DNA of 64,000 nucleotides. Origin: Azolla caroliniana. Its lineage: Eukaryota; Plantae; Polypodiophyta. Positions within the stretch are counted from its first letter, which is position 1. The number at the start of each line of letters is the position of its first letter. Shown piece after piece: positions 61,701-64,000 of the stretch. Under the pieces are notes generated by a model. The model made no database searches and was not told where the DNA came from. It saw nothing but the letters and a program-made list of their open reading frames with translations. The stretch spans positions 17,918,001 through 17,982,000 of the forward strand of contig JBHGNT010000015.1 in the NCBI GenBank assembly GCA_043228905.1, read 5' to 3'. The translations under genes and the position numbers were made by a program.

Positions 61701-64000
61701 TGAAGAAGAAGAATCGGAAGAACCGGTTACCGAAGCTCCCGAACGGAGATATCCTCTAAGAGAGAGGAGGGCCCCCCGGAGATTTCCGGATCCAGAGCAC
61801 GTGCTGCTAACCGACGAGGGGGAGCCGGAGAGCTTTGAAGAAGCAAAGCACGACACCCAGAGCCGCAGGTGGTTGAGTGCCATGCAGGACGAGATGGATT
61901 CCCTGCATGAGAACCACACATATGAACTTGTGGAGTTGCCGAAAGGAAAGCGGGCACTTCGAAACAAGTGGGTGTTCAAGCTGAAACTGGGAGAAGCCGG
62001 AAACCCCCCGAGATACAAAGCCAGGATCGTGGTGAAGGGGTTTCAGCAGAAGAAGGGCATCGACTTCGACGAGATATTTGCCCCGGTAGTGAAGATGACC
62101 TCCATCCGAACGGTGTTGAGCATAGCGGCAAGCATGGACCTCGAGGTAGAACAGATGGACGTGAAGACGGCATTCCTTCACGGTGACCTCGAAGAAGAGA
62201 TCTACATGCAGCAACCGGAAGGATTCGAGAAGAAAGGGAAGGAGCACCTGGTATGCCGGTTGAAGAAGAGCCTCTACGGACTGAAGCAGGCCCCCCGGCA
62301 ATGGTACCGGAAATTCGACTCCTTCATGACCGACGAAGGGTACCTCAAAACGCAGTCCGACCACTGCGTGTTTGTGAAGAAGTTCGAAGGAGGAGACTTC
62401 CTAATACTCCTCCTGTACGTGGACGACATGTTGATCGTCGGACGGGACCAGGTCAAGATACGGATGCTGAAGAAGGCTCTTCACCGAACCTTCTCAATGA
62501 AGGACTTGGGTCCGGCGAGGCAAATACTAGGGATGCACATCATCCGGGACCGGAAGAAGAAGCAGTTGTGGCTGTCACAGGAGAAGTACGTGACAAAGGT
62601 GCTTAAACGGTTCAACATGTCGGAAGCAAGACCGGTCGGATCGACCCTCCCGGCAAACTGCAAGCTGTCCAGCAAGCAAAGTCCCAAGACAAAGGCTGAA
62701 AAGGAGGATGATGAAAGTGCCGTATGCCTCAGCCGTCGGGAGCTTGATGTACGCCATGGTGTGTACGAGACCGGACATCGGATATGCAGTCGGAGTGGTG
62801 AGTCGGTACATGAGCAATCCCGGCAAAGAGCATTGGAACGCGGCCAAGTGGATACTCCGATACCTGAAAGGCACAAACGTGTGCCTCCGATTCGGCTCCG
62901 GTAAGCCCGAACTCGACGGCTTCACCGATTCGGATATGTCGGCTGATGCAGATACCAGCCGGTCCACATCAGGGTATGTGATGACGTATGCAGGGGGAGC
63001 CGTTTCGTGGCAGTCGAGGCTGCAGAAGACGGTTGCATTGTCAACCACGGAGGCGGAGTACATGGCAGCTGTTGAAGCCGGCAAGGAAATAATATGGATG
63101 AAGGACTTCATTAGAGAGCTCGGGATCCGGCAGGAGGAGTACCGACTCTACTGCGATAGTCAGAGCGCCATCCACCTTGCAAAGAACGCGGCCTATCACT
63201 CCCGGACGAAGCACATCCAGCGAAGATATCACTGGATCCGGGAAAGGATAGAAGACAAGGAATTTGTGCTGACAAAGATCCACACGGACGAGAACGGGTC
63301 GGATATGCTGACCAAGGTCCTCACACCCGACAAGCTGGAAGCATGCCGGAAGAGGATCGGATTGGAAAGACATCCCATGCCGAAGTGAAGGGGGAGTTTG
63401 TTGGGATTACGGTCCCTTCGGATGGGATGGTCGGATGTCGGAGACGAATGCCGACGAGCCCGGTTTTCGGTTTCGGAACCGGATGATGAAGACCCCGGCT
63501 TCGGAGCCGGATGACGAATGTACCCGGAGAGAGATCCGGATGCAGGGACATATCCGTGAATATGTTTGCTAAGGGCCCCTGAGGCTATAGTTGTAAATAG
63601 CCCCAAAGTCATATATGTATAAATATGACTTAGGGCAAACAGTTTTAGTGTTGCTGATCATTTTTCTGTTTTTCCACTCAAGAGGAGTGAAGAGGGAGCA
63701 GCCGTGAGAGAGAGAGAGAGATAGAGCGTGAGAGAGGAAGAGGACGACGCCTCTGTGTATTTCCGCCGCCTGTGGCGAGGACAGCGAGCTCAAGGTCGTC
63801 GCCTTGCAGCTCGCCATTGTATACTTCTCTGTATAGTGTTGGTTTGGAGTCCTGTACTCCCGTGGTTTTTTCCCGTCTAGGGTTTTCCACGTTAATCCCT
63901 GTGTGTTCGCGTTTTGTTTCTCCGTGTGGTTCCTATTTTCTGCTCCATTGATTCGTGCTTACTCGGTTGTGGCCGAGCGGTGAAGGTGAATCGAGTCGTC
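58788..64000 (+). mobile_element. Tnt1-like Ty1/copia element K; its 3' LTR runs 11 bp past the window end
   Basis: 5' LTR at 58788-59400 and 3' LTR from 63399, with no differences seen by eye. PBS-Met at 59404-59415. PPT at about 63387-63396. Confidence 0.96.
59431..63388 (+). pseudogene. gag-pol: K gag-pol with a 114-bp in-frame deletion of the Zn knuckle and a 2-bp frameshift near 62709
   Basis: Direct comparison with F and G: TESDRGR|HYRK junction, and GAGGA(CA)TGATG. Confidence 0.92.

Overview
This window is eukaryotic, most likely from a bryophyte or another non-seed plant (inferred from the mix of element families). It is a deeply nested transposon cluster with no recognisable host gene. 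It holds three near-complete young Tnt1-like Ty1/copia copies (F 17684-23051 minus, G 28023-33362, K 58788 to window end). A second copia family with a long C-terminal Pol extension appears as A, D and E. A tRNA-Trp-primed non-chromoviral Ty3/gypsy lineage appears as B, C, J, three solo LTRs and an LTR fragment. There are also two chromovirus-type gypsy copies (H, I), an APE-RT LINE unlike typical plant L1, a hAT-type MITE and a DDE transposase relic. Four observations stand out. (1) A 1.4-kb non-coding insertion carries a complete minimal type-I hammerhead ribozyme of the Penelope-like dimer architecture just downstream of a TATA box. (2) All seven visible insertion sites of the Trp-primed gypsy lineage have a CpG-centred 4-bp flank (mostly ACGT), including one insertion into its own family's primer-binding site. 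(3) All three copies of that lineage keep a -1 frameshift cassette (slippery heptamer, UAG, H-type pseudoknot) between protease and RT. (4) One LTR has its TATA segment replaced by filler copied from the element's own deletion junction. All family assignments were made by eye, without database searches.
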